The notes beneath the pieces are model-generated. The model did no database searches. It was not told where the DNA came from and was given only the letters and a program-made list of their open reading frames with translations. A program made the position numbers and the translations under genes. Source: Pseudomonas sp. (GTDB lineage Bacteria; Pseudomonadota; Gammaproteobacteria; Pseudomonadales; Pseudomonadaceae). Taken from it: a DNA stretch of 64,000 nucleotides. The stretch spans positions 45,459 to 109,458 of the forward strand of contig DASVUK010000146.1 of the NCBI GenBank assembly GCA_036387095.1, given 5' to 3'. This document shows positions 1 to 11,277 of the stretch, one piece after another. Position 1 is the first letter of the stretch. Each line of letters begins with the position of its first letter.

Positions 1-600
1 GGGCAGCCCTCCAATCCTTATGGCCAATCGAAGCTAATGGCAGAGAACGTCATGAAGAGCACGGCGGCGTCGGCCCCCTGCTGGGCAGTTGGCCTGCTGC
101 GCTACTTCAACCCGATCGGCGCTCACGATTCTGGCGCTCTGGGAGAAGCTCCCAGCCTCACGCCCAACAACCTGCTGCCTTACCTCTTGCAGGTCGCCAG
201 CGGCCAACGCCCGGACCTGCATATCTACGGCGCAGACTACGAAACACCCGATGGCACGGGCATTCGCGACTATGTTCATGTGATGGATCTGGCCGAAGGT
301 CATCTGAAGGCCTTGCAGGTTCTGCGAATGAAACAAGGTGTGCACGTCTGGAATTTCGGCACGGGCCAGGGTTATTCGGTACTGGAAGTAATCAACGCTT
401 TTGAGCGCGTGTCCGGGATTACCGTCCCGTTGACCTACGAGCCGCGCCGTCCGGGCGATATAGCCAGGTGCTGGGCGGATCCGGGCAAGGCTTATCGGGA
501 ACTGGGCTGGCGCGCCCGTCGTTCGCTTGACTGTATGTTGGCCGATGCCTGGCGCTGGCAATGCAATCAGGCTCAAACCCTGGAAACCCAGGTGGGCTGA
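1..600 (+). CDS. galE: UDP-glucose 4-epimerase, C-terminal part (starts before the window)
   Basis: LRYFNPIGAH, PNNLLPY, DGTGIRDYVHVMDLAEGH and RRPGDIA motifs of GalE; frame open from position 1. Confidence 0.9.
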   Translation, partial: GQPSNPYGQSKLMAENVMKSTAASAPCWAVGLLRYFNPIGAHDSGALGEAPSLTPNNLLPYLLQVASGQRPDLHIYGADYETPDGTGIRDYVHVMDLAEGHLKALQVLRMKQGVHVWNFGTGQGYSVLEVINAFERVSGITVPLTYEPRRPGDIARCWADPGKAYRELGWRARRSLDCMLADAWRWQCNQAQTLETQVG

Positions 601-759
601 CTGCCGAGGCGTCTCGGCACCTTCCTGCCATATGGCATGAGAAAGCTTGCTCGGAGGGCGGCTATTCAGACAACGGTAGCGTTGGCCGAACAGACGCCTT
701 CGCGAGCACGCTCACGGCCACGCAGGACTGAGCCGCGATAACCCAGGCCGCGAAAACGA

Positions 760-1002
760 CTATGAGCCCTGCTGACCAGCAGTCGGCGATGAGTCCGTTG
801 GCAAAACGTCGGACTCGGGATCGGCGCCCGCCTCAAGATCAGCGCTGGGACCGACGCCGGGGATATCCGCTGGAAGAGGCGGCTGTCCGGCCTCCAACTC
901 CTCGCGAGCCTGACGCCAGTCATCCTGATCCACACCCTCTGGCCTGCCACGCTGTTCCCATAATTCATAAGCCCGTTGGCGGATCTTTTCTTCGTCGATC
1001 AT
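760..1002 (-). CDS. DUF2934-family small protein
   Basis: N-terminal IRQRAYELWEQRGRPEG..DDWRQAREEL motif with an acidic/Pro-rich tail; AAAGGAGA RBS upstream. Confidence 0.8.
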   Translation of the reverse strand: MIDEEKIRQRAYELWEQRGRPEGVDQDDWRQAREELEAGQPPLPADIPGVGPSADLEAGADPESDVLPTDSSPTAGQQGS

Positions 1003-1479
1003 TGCGAATCTCCTTTTAGGTGGATAGACGCTTCACGCGCTGGTTATATGCATAGCGCAGTTGCCGCAGCCCCGTGCTCAAGATGTATTGATGATGAGAA
1101 GGTTTGACCGGAGCATCTGCTTGAAGCGGGGGAATCAACAAAACCAGATAACCATCCGCACGTTACAACCGGCAGTGTTTAACAAACCCTGGTGCGTCAA
1201 ACATGATCAACGGCAGGAAAAAAGTTGAAGAACGGACGCCCAACAAACTCCCCGGTATTTCATTACTTATTCACGCCACCTGATCCAGCCCACAGTTCAG
1301 CATCTAACTAAAGCCCAAACACTGTCGGGGTGCCGCGTCGTTATTACTGAACCGGATAAGCGGTTATCCAATGGCCAACTAACAGATCGACGTTTAACCC
1401 GGTTCGAGGCAACCGGCCGTCCATTGATCATCCGTGCCGAGCGCACAGGCGTGTATTGGCCTTGATGCTGGGTTGTCAG

Positions 1480-1599
1480 TCAGCAGGCGCCCATACCCAG
1501 TTGCAACGCAGCCAGGCCGACGCGCTGCCACGCCCACCAGACCAGCATCAGCAACGCGACAATGCCCAGGCCTGCGCCCCAACTCCACAGCCTGTTCAC
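1480..1599 (-). CDS. 39-aa putative membrane peptide (not in ORF track)
   Basis: Hand translation MNRLWSWGAGLGIVALLMLVWWAWQRVGLAALQLGMGAC; its GTG start overlaps the MFS TGA stop (GTGA); one hydrophobic helix. Confidence 0.55.
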   Translation of the reverse strand: MNRLWSWGAGLGIVALLMLVWWAWQRVGLAALQLGMGAC

Positions 1600-2804
1600 G
1601 CGGCACCAGCCTGGGCTTGCAATCTCGCCACCGGGCGCTCGCGGACCGGCCAATTCAACGCCGCCGCCAGCAGACTGAGCAGGATCGACACTTGCCAGAT
1701 CACGTCATAACTCCCGGTATGGTCATAGACTACCCCGCCTAACCAGCCGCCGAGAAAGGCACCTAATTGGTGGAACAGAAAAACGATACCACCGAGCATC
1801 GACAGGTTGCGCACACCGAACAGCGTGGCGACCGTACCATTGGTCAATGGCACCGTGGAAAGCCACAGAAGCCCCATCGCCACGCCAAACAGGTAAGCCG
1901 TGATTTCACTCAAGGGCACCCACAGAAACAGCCCGATCACCACGGCGCGCAGCAGATAAAGGCTGGTCAGCAAGCGCGGCTTGGACAGCCGACCACCGAG
2001 CCAGCCTGCCGTATAAGTGCCGAAAATATTGAACAGGCCAATCAGCGCAAGCACCGTCGTGCCCACCTTCGCTGGCAGGTGCTGATCCACCAGATACGCC
2101 GGCAGATGCACACCGATAAAGACGACTTGAAAGCCACAGACGAAAAATCCCAACGCCAGCAACCAGAAGCCGGAATGCGAACAAGCTTCATGCAGCGCTT
2201 CACGCAGGGTTTGCTCGCCGCCGAGCAGGGGCGCGGGGCTGTCCTTGAGCATCGTCACCAGTGGAAGAATCAGGGCGACGAGCATGCCAAGCACCAGCAA
2301 CGCACCGGACCAACCCAACCAACTGATCAAGCCCAGCGTGCCCGGCAGCATGGCGAATTGGCCGAACGAGCCCGCCGCACTGGCAATGCCCATGCCCATA
2401 CTGCGTTTATTCGAGGGCAATGCGCGACCGACCACCCCCAGGATCACCGAAAACGACGTGCCGGACAGGCCGATGCCGATCAGCAGACCGGCACTCAACG
2501 ATAAGCTCAACGGCGAGTCCGCCATGCTCATGGTCATCAAGCCGATGGCGTACAGAATCCCGCCAACAAACACCACTTTGGCGGCACCGAAGCGATCCGC
2601 CAACGCACCGGCGAACGGCTGCGCCAGCCCCCACATCAGGTTCTGGAAGGCGATGGCGAAGGCAAATACCTCGCGTCCCCAGCCAAAGTCAGCGCTCATG
2701 GGCGCCAGAAACAGGCCGAAGCCATGCCGCGTACCCAGCGACAGCGCAAGGATCAACGCACTGCCCAACAGAACCCAACCACTGGTGCGCCAAACCGATG
2801 TCAT
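1596..2804 (-). CDS. MFS transporter
   Basis: 402 aa, about 12 hydrophobic segments, GALADRFG motif A. Confidence 0.9.
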   Translation of the reverse strand: MTSVWRTSGWVLLGSALILALSLGTRHGFGLFLAPMSADFGWGREVFAFAIAFQNLMWGLAQPFAGALADRFGAAKVVFVGGILYAIGLMTMSMADSPLSLSLSAGLLIGIGLSGTSFSVILGVVGRALPSNKRSMGMGIASAAGSFGQFAMLPGTLGLISWLGWSGALLVLGMLVALILPLVTMLKDSPAPLLGGEQTLREALHEACSHSGFWLLALGFFVCGFQVVFIGVHLPAYLVDQHLPAKVGTTVLALIGLFNIFGTYTAGWLGGRLSKPRLLTSLYLLRAVVIGLFLWVPLSEITAYLFGVAMGLLWLSTVPLTNGTVATLFGVRNLSMLGGIVFLFHQLGAFLGGWLGGVVYDHTGSYDVIWQVSILLSLLAAALNWPVRERPVARLQAQAGAA

Positions 2805-2921
2805 TTTTTATTCTCCAGGCCAGCAGCCTTGTGATCGCAAGGGGGCACGCTACGCGCGGGAAGACGGGAGTGTCAATTCTCGAATCATGGGCCTGCTCCG
2901 CTCCCATCGTGCGTCAACCCC

Positions 2922-3010
2922 TGTAGGAGCCAATTCATTCGCGAAGAGGCTGGACAGGCTATGAAATCCACGACGTGCACGCGCGCCTTCCCGGATGAAT
3001 CCGGTGCCAC
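2922..3010. repeat. REP doublet with two different arm types
   Basis: TGTAGGAGCCAATTCATTCGCGAAG paired with an inverted GTGGCACCGGATTCATCCGGGAAG arm. Confidence 0.7.
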
Positions 3011-3051
3011 GGTTAGGCGCCGACCTCGTCGGGGCGAACTTTGCAGGATGT

Positions 3052-3780
3052 CTAAACCGCTAACACCAGCAAAACCAATACTTCCAATAACTCCAGCAAC
3101 GCCCCGGCCGTATCGCCGGTGGTGCCGCCAAGTCGGCGGATCATCACATGCCGTAGCCAGAAAAAACCCACCGTGGCAATCAGCAGCGCAACCAGCCCCG
3201 CAGCACCGGTGATCACCACACAGGCCACAGCGCTGGCCAGTAGCACCTGTCGACCGGCTTTGCGAGGCAAATGATCTGCCAGCGCCTGACCCAAGCCGCC
3301 GGCGCGCACGTATGGCGTGCCAAGGAACAGGCCCAGCATTGCGCCACGTCCAATCAACGGCGCCAGCAGCAAGCCCATTTGATTGTGGCTTTGGATCAAG
3401 GCCACCAGCGCGGCAAATTTGAGCAGCAATACCAGGACCAGTGTCACCACCGCAATTGGCCCGCTGCGCGGATCTTTCATGATGCTCAACGTGCGCTCGC
3501 GGTCGCCGAAACCGCCGAGCCAGGCATCGGCGCTGTCGGCCAGCCCATCCAGATGCAGACCGCCGCTGAGCAGCACCCAAGCCGTCAACAACAACGCCCC
3601 GTGAAGCAGCAGCGGCACGCCATCGAGCAGCGTATTCAAACCCAGTAGCAGGACGCCGAACAAAAGGCCCACCAGCGGGTAAAACAGCAGTGAGCGCCCC
3701 AACTCCTGTGGCTGCGGCATGCCGGGCAAACGAATTGGCAGACTGCTGAGAAATTGCAGCGCTATCCAGAACGGCACCAT
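3052..3780 (-). CDS. cobS: Adenosylcobinamide-GDP ribazoletransferase (cobalamin synthase)
   Basis: GGLHLDGLADSADA, IMKDPRSG and GGTTGDTAGA motifs; last gene of the cob operon. Confidence 0.95.
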   Translation of the reverse strand: MVPFWIALQFLSSLPIRLPGMPQPQELGRSLLFYPLVGLLFGVLLLGLNTLLDGVPLLLHGALLLTAWVLLSGGLHLDGLADSADAWLGGFGDRERTLSIMKDPRSGPIAVVTLVLVLLLKFAALVALIQSHNQMGLLLAPLIGRGAMLGLFLGTPYVRAGGLGQALADHLPRKAGRQVLLASAVACVVITGAAGLVALLIATVGFFWLRHVMIRRLGGTTGDTAGALLELLEVLVLLVLAV

Positions 3781-3782
3781 TT

Positions 3783-4355
3783 TTACGCCTCCGTCAGCAG
3801 GCCGCTCGCCGCGACTTGAATCGCCAACAGCGCTCCGTGCCCAACCTGAACTTGCAACAACTGTTCACGGGGCAAACTTCGCGCCTGGGCGAGCAGTAAA
3901 CGCATCACGCCGCCATGGCTGATCAACAGCACCCGTTCGCCGTCGTAAGCTTGATGCAAGCGCTGCACAGCGGCCAGCACCCGGATTGAGAACGCGCTGA
4001 CCGGCTCGCCATTGGGTGGAGTAAACGCGTAAGGATCGGCCCAGAACAAGCCCAACCCCTCGGCATCGGTTTCCATCAATTGCGCAGCGCTGCGCCCTTC
4101 CCAATCGCCGAAGTGCAGTTCCTGCAAATCCGGCTCCAGGCTCAACGGGAGCGCCAGTTGCTCAGCCAAGGCTTCGGCAAAACGGGCACAACGTTGCAGC
4201 GGCGAAGTGACAATCCGACACCAGGGACCGGCTTGCGCCACAGCCGAACGCATCTGCTCCCAACCGAGTTCGGTCAGGGCGTCGTCGAGACTGCCGCGCA
4301 TGCCGCCACCCAGTTCGGTTTCGCCATGACGCAACAGATCCAGGTGCAAGGTCAT
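3783..4355 (-). CDS. cobC: Alpha-ribazole phosphatase (histidine phosphatase family)
   Basis: LLRHGET and SHGG motifs; ATG at 4355 overlaps the cobT stop. Confidence 0.9.
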   Translation of the reverse strand: MTLHLDLLRHGETELGGGMRGSLDDALTELGWEQMRSAVAQAGPWCRIVTSPLQRCARFAEALAEQLALPLSLEPDLQELHFGDWEGRSAAQLMETDAEGLGLFWADPYAFTPPNGEPVSAFSIRVLAAVQRLHQAYDGERVLLISHGGVMRLLLAQARSLPREQLLQVQVGHGALLAIQVAASGLLTEA

Positions 4356-5404
4356 GCCGGGCGATCTGCCACGGCGGCTTCTGCAAAAGTCGCCATGCCG
4401 TTGTGCAGCTCGCAAGCCAGACGCACCAGCGGCACCGCCAATGCAGCACCGCTGCCTTCGCCCAGACGCATCCCCAGATCCAGCAATGGTTCGGCCTGCA
4501 GGGTTTCCAGCAGATGACGGTGACCCGGCTCGGCGCCACGGTGGCCGAATAGCAGCCATTCCCGACACGATGGATTCAAGCGAACCGCCACCAACGCAGC
4601 AACGCTGCAGATAAAGCCATCCACCAGCACCGCAATCCCTTCCTGGGCACAGGCCAGATAAACGCCAACCAGGGCCGCGATTTCAAAACCGCCCAGACTG
4701 AACAGGCTTTGCAGCGGATCGCCCGCGTGCTCGGCATGCACAATGAGCGCAGCCTCAATCACCTGGGTTTTATGAGCGATGCCGGCGGCATTCAGGCCGG
4801 TGCCAGGACCCACCATCAACTGCGCTGCGCATTCGAGCAGCGAGCAGGCCACCGCGCTGGCCGAAGCCGTATTGCCAATGCCCATTTCGCCTGCGACGAA
4901 CAGTTCGCTGCCCGCCGCCTTGGCGCGTAACACGCTGTCCCGACCGGCCTGCAAGGCCATTAGGCCTTGCTCCTGAGTCATGGCAGGGCCTTTGGCGAAG
5001 TTGGCGGTACCCGCGCCAATATGCAAATGGCGTACACCGGGCAGGCTCAACGCTGAAACGGTGCCCAGGTCCACTACCTCCAGTTGCGCTGCTAGCTGTT
5101 GCGCCAGCACGCTGATGGCCGCGCCGCCGGTGACGAAGTTGTGCAACATCTGTCCGGTGACTTCCTGTGGATAGGCCGAAACACCTTCAGCCACCACCCC
5201 ATGATCACCCGCAAAAATCGCGATCCACAGGGCATCGGCGCCGGGTTTGACCCGACCCTGCAAACCGGCAAGCTGCACTGCAACTCGCTCAAGCTGGCCG
5301 AGGGAACCGGTGGGCTTGGTCAATTGCTGCTGCCGCGCCAGGGCTTGTTCGCGTACCGCACTGTTGGTCGGCTTGGAGGGGCTGAGCCACCAGGAATTAC
5401 TCAT
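4352..5404 (-). CDS. cobT: Nicotinate-nucleotide--dimethylbenzimidazole phosphoribosyltransferase
   Basis: [27 protein letters not shown] and [11 protein letters not shown] motifs. Confidence 0.95.
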   Translation of the reverse strand: MSNSWWLSPSKPTNSAVREQALARQQQLTKPTGSLGQLERVAVQLAGLQGRVKPGADALWIAIFAGDHGVVAEGVSAYPQEVTGQMLHNFVTGGAAISVLAQQLAAQLEVVDLGTVSALSLPGVRHLHIGAGTANFAKGPAMTQEQGLMALQAGRDSVLRAKAAGSELFVAGEMGIGNTASASAVACSLLECAAQLMVGPGTGLNAAGIAHKTQVIEAALIVHAEHAGDPLQSLFSLGGFEIAALVGVYLACAQEGIAVLVDGFICSVAALVAVRLNPSCREWLLFGHRGAEPGHRHLLETLQAEPLLDLGMRLGEGSGAALAVPLVRLACELHNGMATFAEAAVADRPA

Positions 5405-5922
5405 AATGCGGATCCTTTCAAAGTCAGTGGCAAGCCGGCAACGGTCAACACCACGCGCTGGCAACGCTCGGCCAGTGCTTGGTGCAACAAGCCCGCCTCG
5501 TCGACATACCGCCGGGTCAGTTCACCGAGAGGCACGACGCCCAGCCCGGTTTCGTTGCTGACAAAAATGATTTCCCCTGGCAGCGATGCCAGACAGTCCA
5601 GCAGCGCCTGGCGCTGTTGCGTCAGATATTCAGGGGTTTCGAGCATCAGCAGATTGGTCAGCCACAGGGTCAGGCAGTCCACCAACAGACAGCGGTCCGG
5701 CGTGGCGTTTTCCCGCAGGACGCGGGCCAGTTCGAGTGGCTCCTCAATCAGGCCCCAGGTGTCCGGGCGGCGTTCACGGTGCAGTGCGACTCGCTGATTG
5801 AGTTCACCATCCACCGGCTGACTGGTGGCGATATAGATGACGTGCAGCCCCGATTCGCTGGCCAGCCGTTCCGCCAGACGACTCTTGCCGGAACGGGCTC
5901 CGCCGAGGATTAGTTGCTGCAT
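5401..5922 (-). CDS. cobU: Bifunctional adenosylcobinamide kinase / cobinamide-phosphate guanylyltransferase (CobU/CobP)
   Basis: [11 protein letters not shown]-loop, DCLTLWLTN and [10 protein letters not shown]. Confidence 0.95.
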   Translation of the reverse strand: MQQLILGGARSGKSRLAERLASESGLHVIYIATSQPVDGELNQRVALHRERRPDTWGLIEEPLELARVLRENATPDRCLLVDCLTLWLTNLLMLETPEYLTQQRQALLDCLASLPGEIIFVSNETGLGVVPLGELTRRYVDEAGLLHQALAERCQRVVLTVAGLPLTLKGSAL

Positions 5923-5951
5923 GTCTGTGCGCCTACGGGAGTTTGGGTCTG

Positions 5952-7436
5952 TCAGGAACATGCGGGATTCTCCAGCGGGGCGTTACGCAATCCGCAGAGT
6001 TCCCGCAGCAGCGTGCCGTCCAGATGCTTCTCCACCAGGTCCGCCAGCCGTTCGATGTCCCGCTCGCGCAGGCCGTGATAATCCACTTGCTGTACGTTTT
6101 CCAGCCCAGCCCAGCGCAGCAGCGCGCTACAGGCGGCGGGCGTTTCGAACAAGCCGTGCAGGTAAGTGCCGAAAATTTGCCTGTCAGCGCTTTGCGCACC
6201 GTCGCAGCGGTCGTCATCCAGCCGAACCGCTGGATTTTCCAGCGCCGCACCGGTGGTTACACCCGCATGAATCTCGTAGCCGCTGACCTCGACCCCATCC
6301 AGCAACAGTTGGCCACGCACGTTGCGCAGCTGTTTGTGTTCTTCAAGCACGGTGCTCATGTCCAGCAATCCCAGGCCCGCACTCGACCCGGCTGCGCCTT
6401 CGAGCCCCAGCGGGTCGTGCAACTGCTGGCCGAGCATCTGCAATCCGCCACAAATACCCAACACTTTGCCGCCATAGCGTAAATGCCGGTCGATGGCCGT
6501 GTCCCAGCCATGGGCGCGCAAATAGGCAAGGTCGCTGCACACGCTTTTCGAGCCAGGCAAGATGATCAGGTCGGCCGCCGGGATCGACTGACCAGGGCCG
6601 ATGAACTGCAAGTTAACCTGGGGATGCAGGCGCAGCGGATCGAAATCGGTGTGATTGCTGATGCGCGGCAGGATGGGCACCACGACATTCAATACTTGCT
6701 CAACCTTGTCGGTCTGGCGCTGATCGAGACCGTCTTCAGCCTCCAGATGCAGGTCCATCACGTAGGGCAGCACACCGACAACGGGCTTGCCAGTGCGCGC
6801 CTGGAGCCAGTCCAGTCCTGGTTGCAGCAGGGCGATATCACCGCGAAAGCGATTGATGATAAAACCTTTCACCCGCGCCTGTTCGCTGGGCGACAGCAGT
6901 TCGAGGGTGCCCACCAGATGGGCGAAAACCCCACCACGATTGATATCGGCGATCAGCAGCACAGGACAATCCACCGCCTCGGCAAAGCCCATGTTGGCGA
7001 TATCGTTGGCGCGCAGGTTGATTTCGGCCGGCGAACCGGCACCCTCGACCACGATCACCGGATAGCGTTCGCTCAGACGACCATGGGACTCCAGCACCGC
7101 TCGCATCGCGATCTCTTTATAGCCGTGATACGCCACCGCATTCATGGTGGTAACGGCGCGACCATGAATAATCACTTGCGCACCGGTGTCACTGTTGGGT
7201 TTGAGCAGCACCGGATTCATGTCGGTGTGAGGTTGCAGGCCGCACGCCTGAGCCTGCACCGCCTGGGCGCGGCCGATTTCACCGCCGTCAGCCGTCACCG
7301 CGCTGTTGAGCGCCATGTTTTGCGGCTTGAACGGCACGACACTGACGCCCTGGCGAGTCAGCCAGCGGCACAGCGCAGTCACCAAGGTACTTTTGCCAGC
7401 ATCGGACGTGGTGCCTTGCACCATCAACGTGGTCAT
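5952..7436 (-). CDS. cobQ: Cobyric acid synthase
   Basis: [41 protein letters not shown] and GTYLHGLF. Confidence 0.97.
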   Translation of the reverse strand: MTTLMVQGTTSDAGKSTLVTALCRWLTRQGVSVVPFKPQNMALNSAVTADGGEIGRAQAVQAQACGLQPHTDMNPVLLKPNSDTGAQVIIHGRAVTTMNAVAYHGYKEIAMRAVLESHGRLSERYPVIVVEGAGSPAEINLRANDIANMGFAEAVDCPVLLIADINRGGVFAHLVGTLELLSPSEQARVKGFIINRFRGDIALLQPGLDWLQARTGKPVVGVLPYVMDLHLEAEDGLDQRQTDKVEQVLNVVVPILPRISNHTDFDPLRLHPQVNLQFIGPGQSIPAADLIILPGSKSVCSDLAYLRAHGWDTAIDRHLRYGGKVLGICGGLQMLGQQLHDPLGLEGAAGSSAGLGLLDMSTVLEEHKQLRNVRGQLLLDGVEVSGYEIHAGVTTGAALENPAVRLDDDRCDGAQSADRQIFGTYLHGLFETPAACSALLRWAGLENVQQVDYHGLRERDIERLADLVEKHLDGTLLRELCGLRNAPLENPACS

Positions 7437-8437
7437 GAATATTCCCGATTGAACTGGCCCAACGCACTGTCCAGACGCTGCCAGTGCGCCTCGTCGCCGG
7501 GCAGGCCGAAGCGCAGGCTGCTGTGGTGCGGGCCATCGTTGAGGAACAGACGCAGCAAAATCCCGCGCTGGGCGCAGAAGTCATGCAGCGCTGCGGCATG
7601 AGGCGTGACCAGCCACTGAAACAACGCACAGCCGCCTTGCGGGGCCAGGTCATGAAGGGTGAGCAATTCCACCAGACGCTGACTGGCCTGATCGGTGCGC
7701 AAGCGTTGTTCATGATGGCCGCGGCTGTCGTTCAGGCACACCGCGCCCAGCACTCGAGTCGGACCGCTGACGGCCCAGGGTCCGATGTCCTGGGCGAGCA
7801 GCTTAAGCAAGCGCGGTTCGGCCAGAACAAAACCCAATCGAACCCCGGCCAGACCGAAAAACTTGCCAAACGAGCGCAGGACAATCAACCCGCTGCGCCA
7901 GGTCTCGGCAGCCAGGCTCAAACCCGGCGTGTTGTCCATGAACGCCTCATCCACCACCAACCAGCCACCCCGCTCCGCCAGCCGCCCGTGCCACTTGAGC
8001 AGTTGCTCGGGCATCAGGCTCAAGCCAGTTGGATTGTTCGGGTTAACCACCACCAGCACGTCGAGGCTGTCGAGGAAATAATCGACTTCGTGCTCCAGCA
8101 CTTCTCGCACCAGGAAACCCGCGCTACGCCAGGCCTGGGCATGTTCGGCATAGCAAGGCGACAAGACGCCGACCTTGCCGGCACTGCGCAGGCGCGGCAG
8201 GGCCTGGATGGCGGCCTGGGAACCCGGCACCGGCAACGCTTGCGGGGCACCGTAGTATTTGCAGGCAGCCTGCTCCAGCCCGTCATCGGTTTCAGGCAGT
8301 CGTGACCAAGCCTGTAGCGGGATCGTCGGAATCGGCCAGGCCCAAGGCGCAATGCCCGTGGAAAGATCAAGCCACTCACTTTCGGCCAGGCCGTACTGCT
8401 GCGCAGCCGCGCGCAGGCGTCCACCGTGCTCAAGCAT
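7433..8437 (-). CDS. cobD: Threonine-phosphate decarboxylase (CobD; CobC in aerobic-pathway naming)
   Basis: HGG N-terminus, NPNNPTG, VDEAFMD and [19 protein letters not shown] motif. Confidence 0.92.
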   Translation of the reverse strand: MLEHGGRLRAAAQQYGLAESEWLDLSTGIAPWAWPIPTIPLQAWSRLPETDDGLEQAACKYYGAPQALPVPGSQAAIQALPRLRSAGKVGVLSPCYAEHAQAWRSAGFLVREVLEHEVDYFLDSLDVLVVVNPNNPTGLSLMPEQLLKWHGRLAERGGWLVVDEAFMDNTPGLSLAAETWRSGLIVLRSFGKFFGLAGVRLGFVLAEPRLLKLLAQDIGPWAVSGPTRVLGAVCLNDSRGHHEQRLRTDQASQRLVELLTLHDLAPQGGCALFQWLVTPHAAALHDFCAQRGILLRLFLNDGPHHSSLRFGLPGDEAHWQRLDSALGQFNREYS

Positions 8438-9338
8438 AGAATTCTGCTCCTACACATAAAATCAGCAGCCAAAGCCAGACACCGCGCTGCACCAGTTGCC
8501 AGCCGCGATCAATGGACTGCGCGTCGGCAGGCACCCCTTCGCCCAGTTGCGGGCGCTGATGAAGCTCACCGTGATAGATCGCTGCGCCGCCCAATTGGAC
8601 ACCTAACGCACCGGCACCAGCGGCCATGACCGGGCCCGCATTGGGGCTGTCCCATGTCGGGCCCTGGGTTCGCCAGCAGCGCAACGCCAGTCGGGTTTTG
8701 CCCAGTAGCGCGTAGGTCAATGCCACCAGTCGTGCGGGAATATAGTTAAGCAGATCGTCGATCTTTGCAGCCGCCCAGCCGAAACGCTCGAAACGTTCGT
8801 TGCGATACCCCCACATGGCGTCCAGGGTATTGCTCAAGCGATACAAGACGACGCCCGGCGCGCCAGCAATGGCAAACCAGAACAACGCGGCAAATACCGC
8901 GTCGCTGCCATTCTCCAGTACGGATTCGGTGGCTGCGCGAGCCACTTCGGTGGCATCCAGCTCTGAAGTCTGGCGGCTGACCAGATAGCCAACCCGCCGC
9001 CGCGCCTCCTCAAGATTCTCTGCGCGCAAGGCTTGGGCAACAGGTTCGACATGCTCACCCAGGCTGCGTAAACCCAATGCGCAATACAACGCGAGGATTT
9101 CCACCAGCCAGCCTATATAAGGCAGCCAACTCAGCAGCGTAGCGAGTAACGTCAGCGGCACCACCGCCAGAAACCACGCGGTGACGCCATGGCTGCGCCA
9201 GCCGCGTCCTCCGGAATTGAAACGCCGCTCGATACGATCGGCGAAACGCCCAAAAGCCACCAGCGGATGCGACCGCTTCGGCTCGCCCAGTAGCGCATCA
9301 AGCGCCACGCCGGCGACGCTTAACAGCGCCACACTCAT
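8430..9338 (-). CDS. cbiB: Adenosylcobinamide-phosphate synthase
   Basis: [27 protein letters not shown] and SPNAG motifs. Confidence 0.95.
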   Translation of the reverse strand: MSVALLSVAGVALDALLGEPKRSHPLVAFGRFADRIERRFNSGGRGWRSHGVTAWFLAVVPLTLLATLLSWLPYIGWLVEILALYCALGLRSLGEHVEPVAQALRAENLEEARRRVGYLVSRQTSELDATEVARAATESVLENGSDAVFAALFWFAIAGAPGVVLYRLSNTLDAMWGYRNERFERFGWAAAKIDDLLNYIPARLVALTYALLGKTRLALRCWRTQGPTWDSPNAGPVMAAGAGALGVQLGGAAIYHGELHQRPQLGEGVPADAQSIDRGWQLVQRGVWLWLLILCVGAEFYA

Positions 9339-9985
9339 TGACCAACTCCCCATTGATTTTCGTACAGCATTTCATCTAGCGGACGTTCTTGCGTCCAGCC
9401 TTCCATGACCAGCATCGGTGCCGGATAGAACTCGCTCACCGGCCCCAGGCATAGCACCGCCAGTGGCTTGGCTCCAGAGGGCATGTTCAGCAGACTGGCC
9501 AGTGCCTGAGGTTCGAATAATGACACCCAGCCCATGCCCAGCCCCTCGGCACGCGCTGCCAGCCACATGTTCTGGATCGCGCAGGACAACGAAGCCAGGT
9601 CCATTTCCGGGAGCGTGCGTCGACCGAAAATGTGTTTTTCCCGATCCTCCATGAGTGCAGCCACCAGCACTTCGGCGCAGTCGTCGATGCCGTCCACCTT
9701 GAGCTTCATGAAATCATCGGCGCGTTCGCCCAGCGCTTGGGCGGTACGAATCCGCTCCTGCTCAACCTGCGCCTTGATACGCGAGCGCAATGCCCGGTCG
9801 GTGATGCGGATGAAACGCCACGGCTGCATCAAACCGACGCTCGGCGCCTGATGCGCCGCGCCCAGCAGCCGTGCAAGCAATTCTGGCGCGACGCTGCCGC
9901 CGCTGAAATGGCGCATGTCTCGGCGCTCGGCGATGGCTCGATACACCGCTGCACGCTCGTCAGCGCTGAACCCTTGGTCATTCAT
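9335..9985 (-). CDS. bluB: 5,6-dimethylbenzimidazole synthase
   Basis: [26 protein letters not shown] and [10 protein letters not shown]; nitroreductase fold within the cob operon. Confidence 0.93.
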   Translation of the reverse strand: MNDQGFSADERAAVYRAIAERRDMRHFSGGSVAPELLARLLGAAHQAPSVGLMQPWRFIRITDRALRSRIKAQVEQERIRTAQALGERADDFMKLKVDGIDDCAEVLVAALMEDREKHIFGRRTLPEMDLASLSCAIQNMWLAARAEGLGMGWVSLFEPQALASLLNMPSGAKPLAVLCLGPVSEFYPAPMLVMEGWTQERPLDEMLYENQWGVGQ

Positions 9986-11277
9986 GGCTTGAAAAGCGCC
10001 GCAACCGCTTGAGGATTGGAAGGGAAATAGAAGTGCACGTAGGAAGCCGTCATGCGCCCGTCGCGATAGACCGCCTCCGCGCCGCGCCCGCCGTTGGGAC
10101 TGATGCCACGGGCAATAGGCTGTAACTCGGTGCTGGTCAACGAATGGTGATAGGTGTGCCCGCGCAGTTCGCCTTCCGGCAATGCCACGGTTTGCAACGC
10201 CAATGCGGCAAGGCGCTTTTGCATCACAGCCTCGCCCGCGAGCAAACCCACCAGTTCGGCGCGCTGCCCATCCACATCGGTCAAGGCATCGAGCAGATAC
10301 AACATGCCGCCGCACTCGGCCAGCAACGGTTTACCGGCTTGATGATGCTGGCGGATGGCCTCCAGCATCGGGGTGTTCTGGCTCAGGGCCACATGGTGCA
10401 ATTCCGGGTAGCCGCCGGGCAGGTACAGGCTGTCAGCCGCTGGCAAAGCGGAATCACGGATCGGCGAGAAGAACACCAACTCCGCACCCATGGCCCGCAG
10501 CAGGTCAAGGCTCGCGCCGTAGGTGAACGCAAAAGCTTCGTCATGGGCGACGGCGATGGTCACGCCTTCCAGCAAGGGCTCGGCCGGAACGAGGTCGGGC
10601 GCGGCGAAGGTTACCGCTGGCGGCAGTTCGACTTCGCATGTGCTGGCCAAGGCTTCGGCGGCAGCGTCCAGGCGAACGTCCAGATCATTAAGCTCGCTGG
10701 CCTGAACCAGCCCCAAATGGCGACTGGGCAGTTCGATACCCGTTTCCCGGGACAACGCGCCGTACCAGCGCAAGCCTTCGGTCAGGCTGCCTTCAAGCAA
10801 TTGGGCATGACGCACGGTACCGACACGGTTGGCCAGGACACCGGCGAAAGGCAGGTCCGGCTGATAACGCGCGAGCCCAAGGGCCAGCGCGCCAAACGTC
10901 TGGGCCATGGCCGTGCCGTCAATCACGCCCAGCACCGGCACGCCGAAGTGCCGGGCCAGATCAGCACTGGACGGTGTCCCGTCGAACAGGCCCATGACGC
11001 CTTCAATCAGGATCAGGTCTGCCTCGCCCGCCGCCTGCCACAAGAGCCGGCGGCTTTCATCAGCCCCGACCATCCATAAATCCAGTTGATACACCGGTGC
11101 ACCGCTGGCGCGCTCCAGGATCATCGGGTCAAGAAAGTCCGGCCCACACTTGAACACGCGAACCTTGCGGCCTTTGTTGCGATGCAGGCGTGCCAGCGCA
11201 GCGGTGACAGTGGTCTTGCCCTGGCCTGAGGCCGGCGCGGCGATCAGAACCGCCGGACAGTGACGCGGTTCACTCAC
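9982..11277 (-). CDS. cobB: Cobyrinate a,c-diamide synthase
   Basis: APASGQGKTT, FKCGPDFLDP, EGVMGLFDG, PGGYPE and AECGGMLYL. Confidence 0.95.
   Translation of the reverse strand: MSEPRHCPAVLIAAPASGQGKTTVTAALARLHRNKGRKVRVFKCGPDFLDPMILERASGAPVYQLDLWMVGADESRRLLWQAAGEADLILIEGVMGLFDGTPSSADLARHFGVPVLGVIDGTAMAQTFGALALGLARYQPDLPFAGVLANRVGTVRHAQLLEGSLTEGLRWYGALSRETGIELPSRHLGLVQASELNDLDVRLDAAAEALASTCEVELPPAVTFAAPDLVPAEPLLEGVTIAVAHDEAFAFTYGASLDLLRAMGAELVFFSPIRDSALPAADSLYLPGGYPELHHVALSQNTPMLEAIRQHHQAGKPLLAECGGMLYLLDALTDVDGQRAELVGLLAGEAVMQKRLAALALQTVALPEGELRGHTYHHSLTSTELQPIARGISPNGGRGAEAVYRDGRMTASYVHFYFPSNPQAVAALFKP

Noticed and set aside
1394-1606. 70-aa minus-strand ORF in the track
   Set aside because: No protein-like features; the alternative frame 1480-1599 has start/stop coupling and a clean TM helix.
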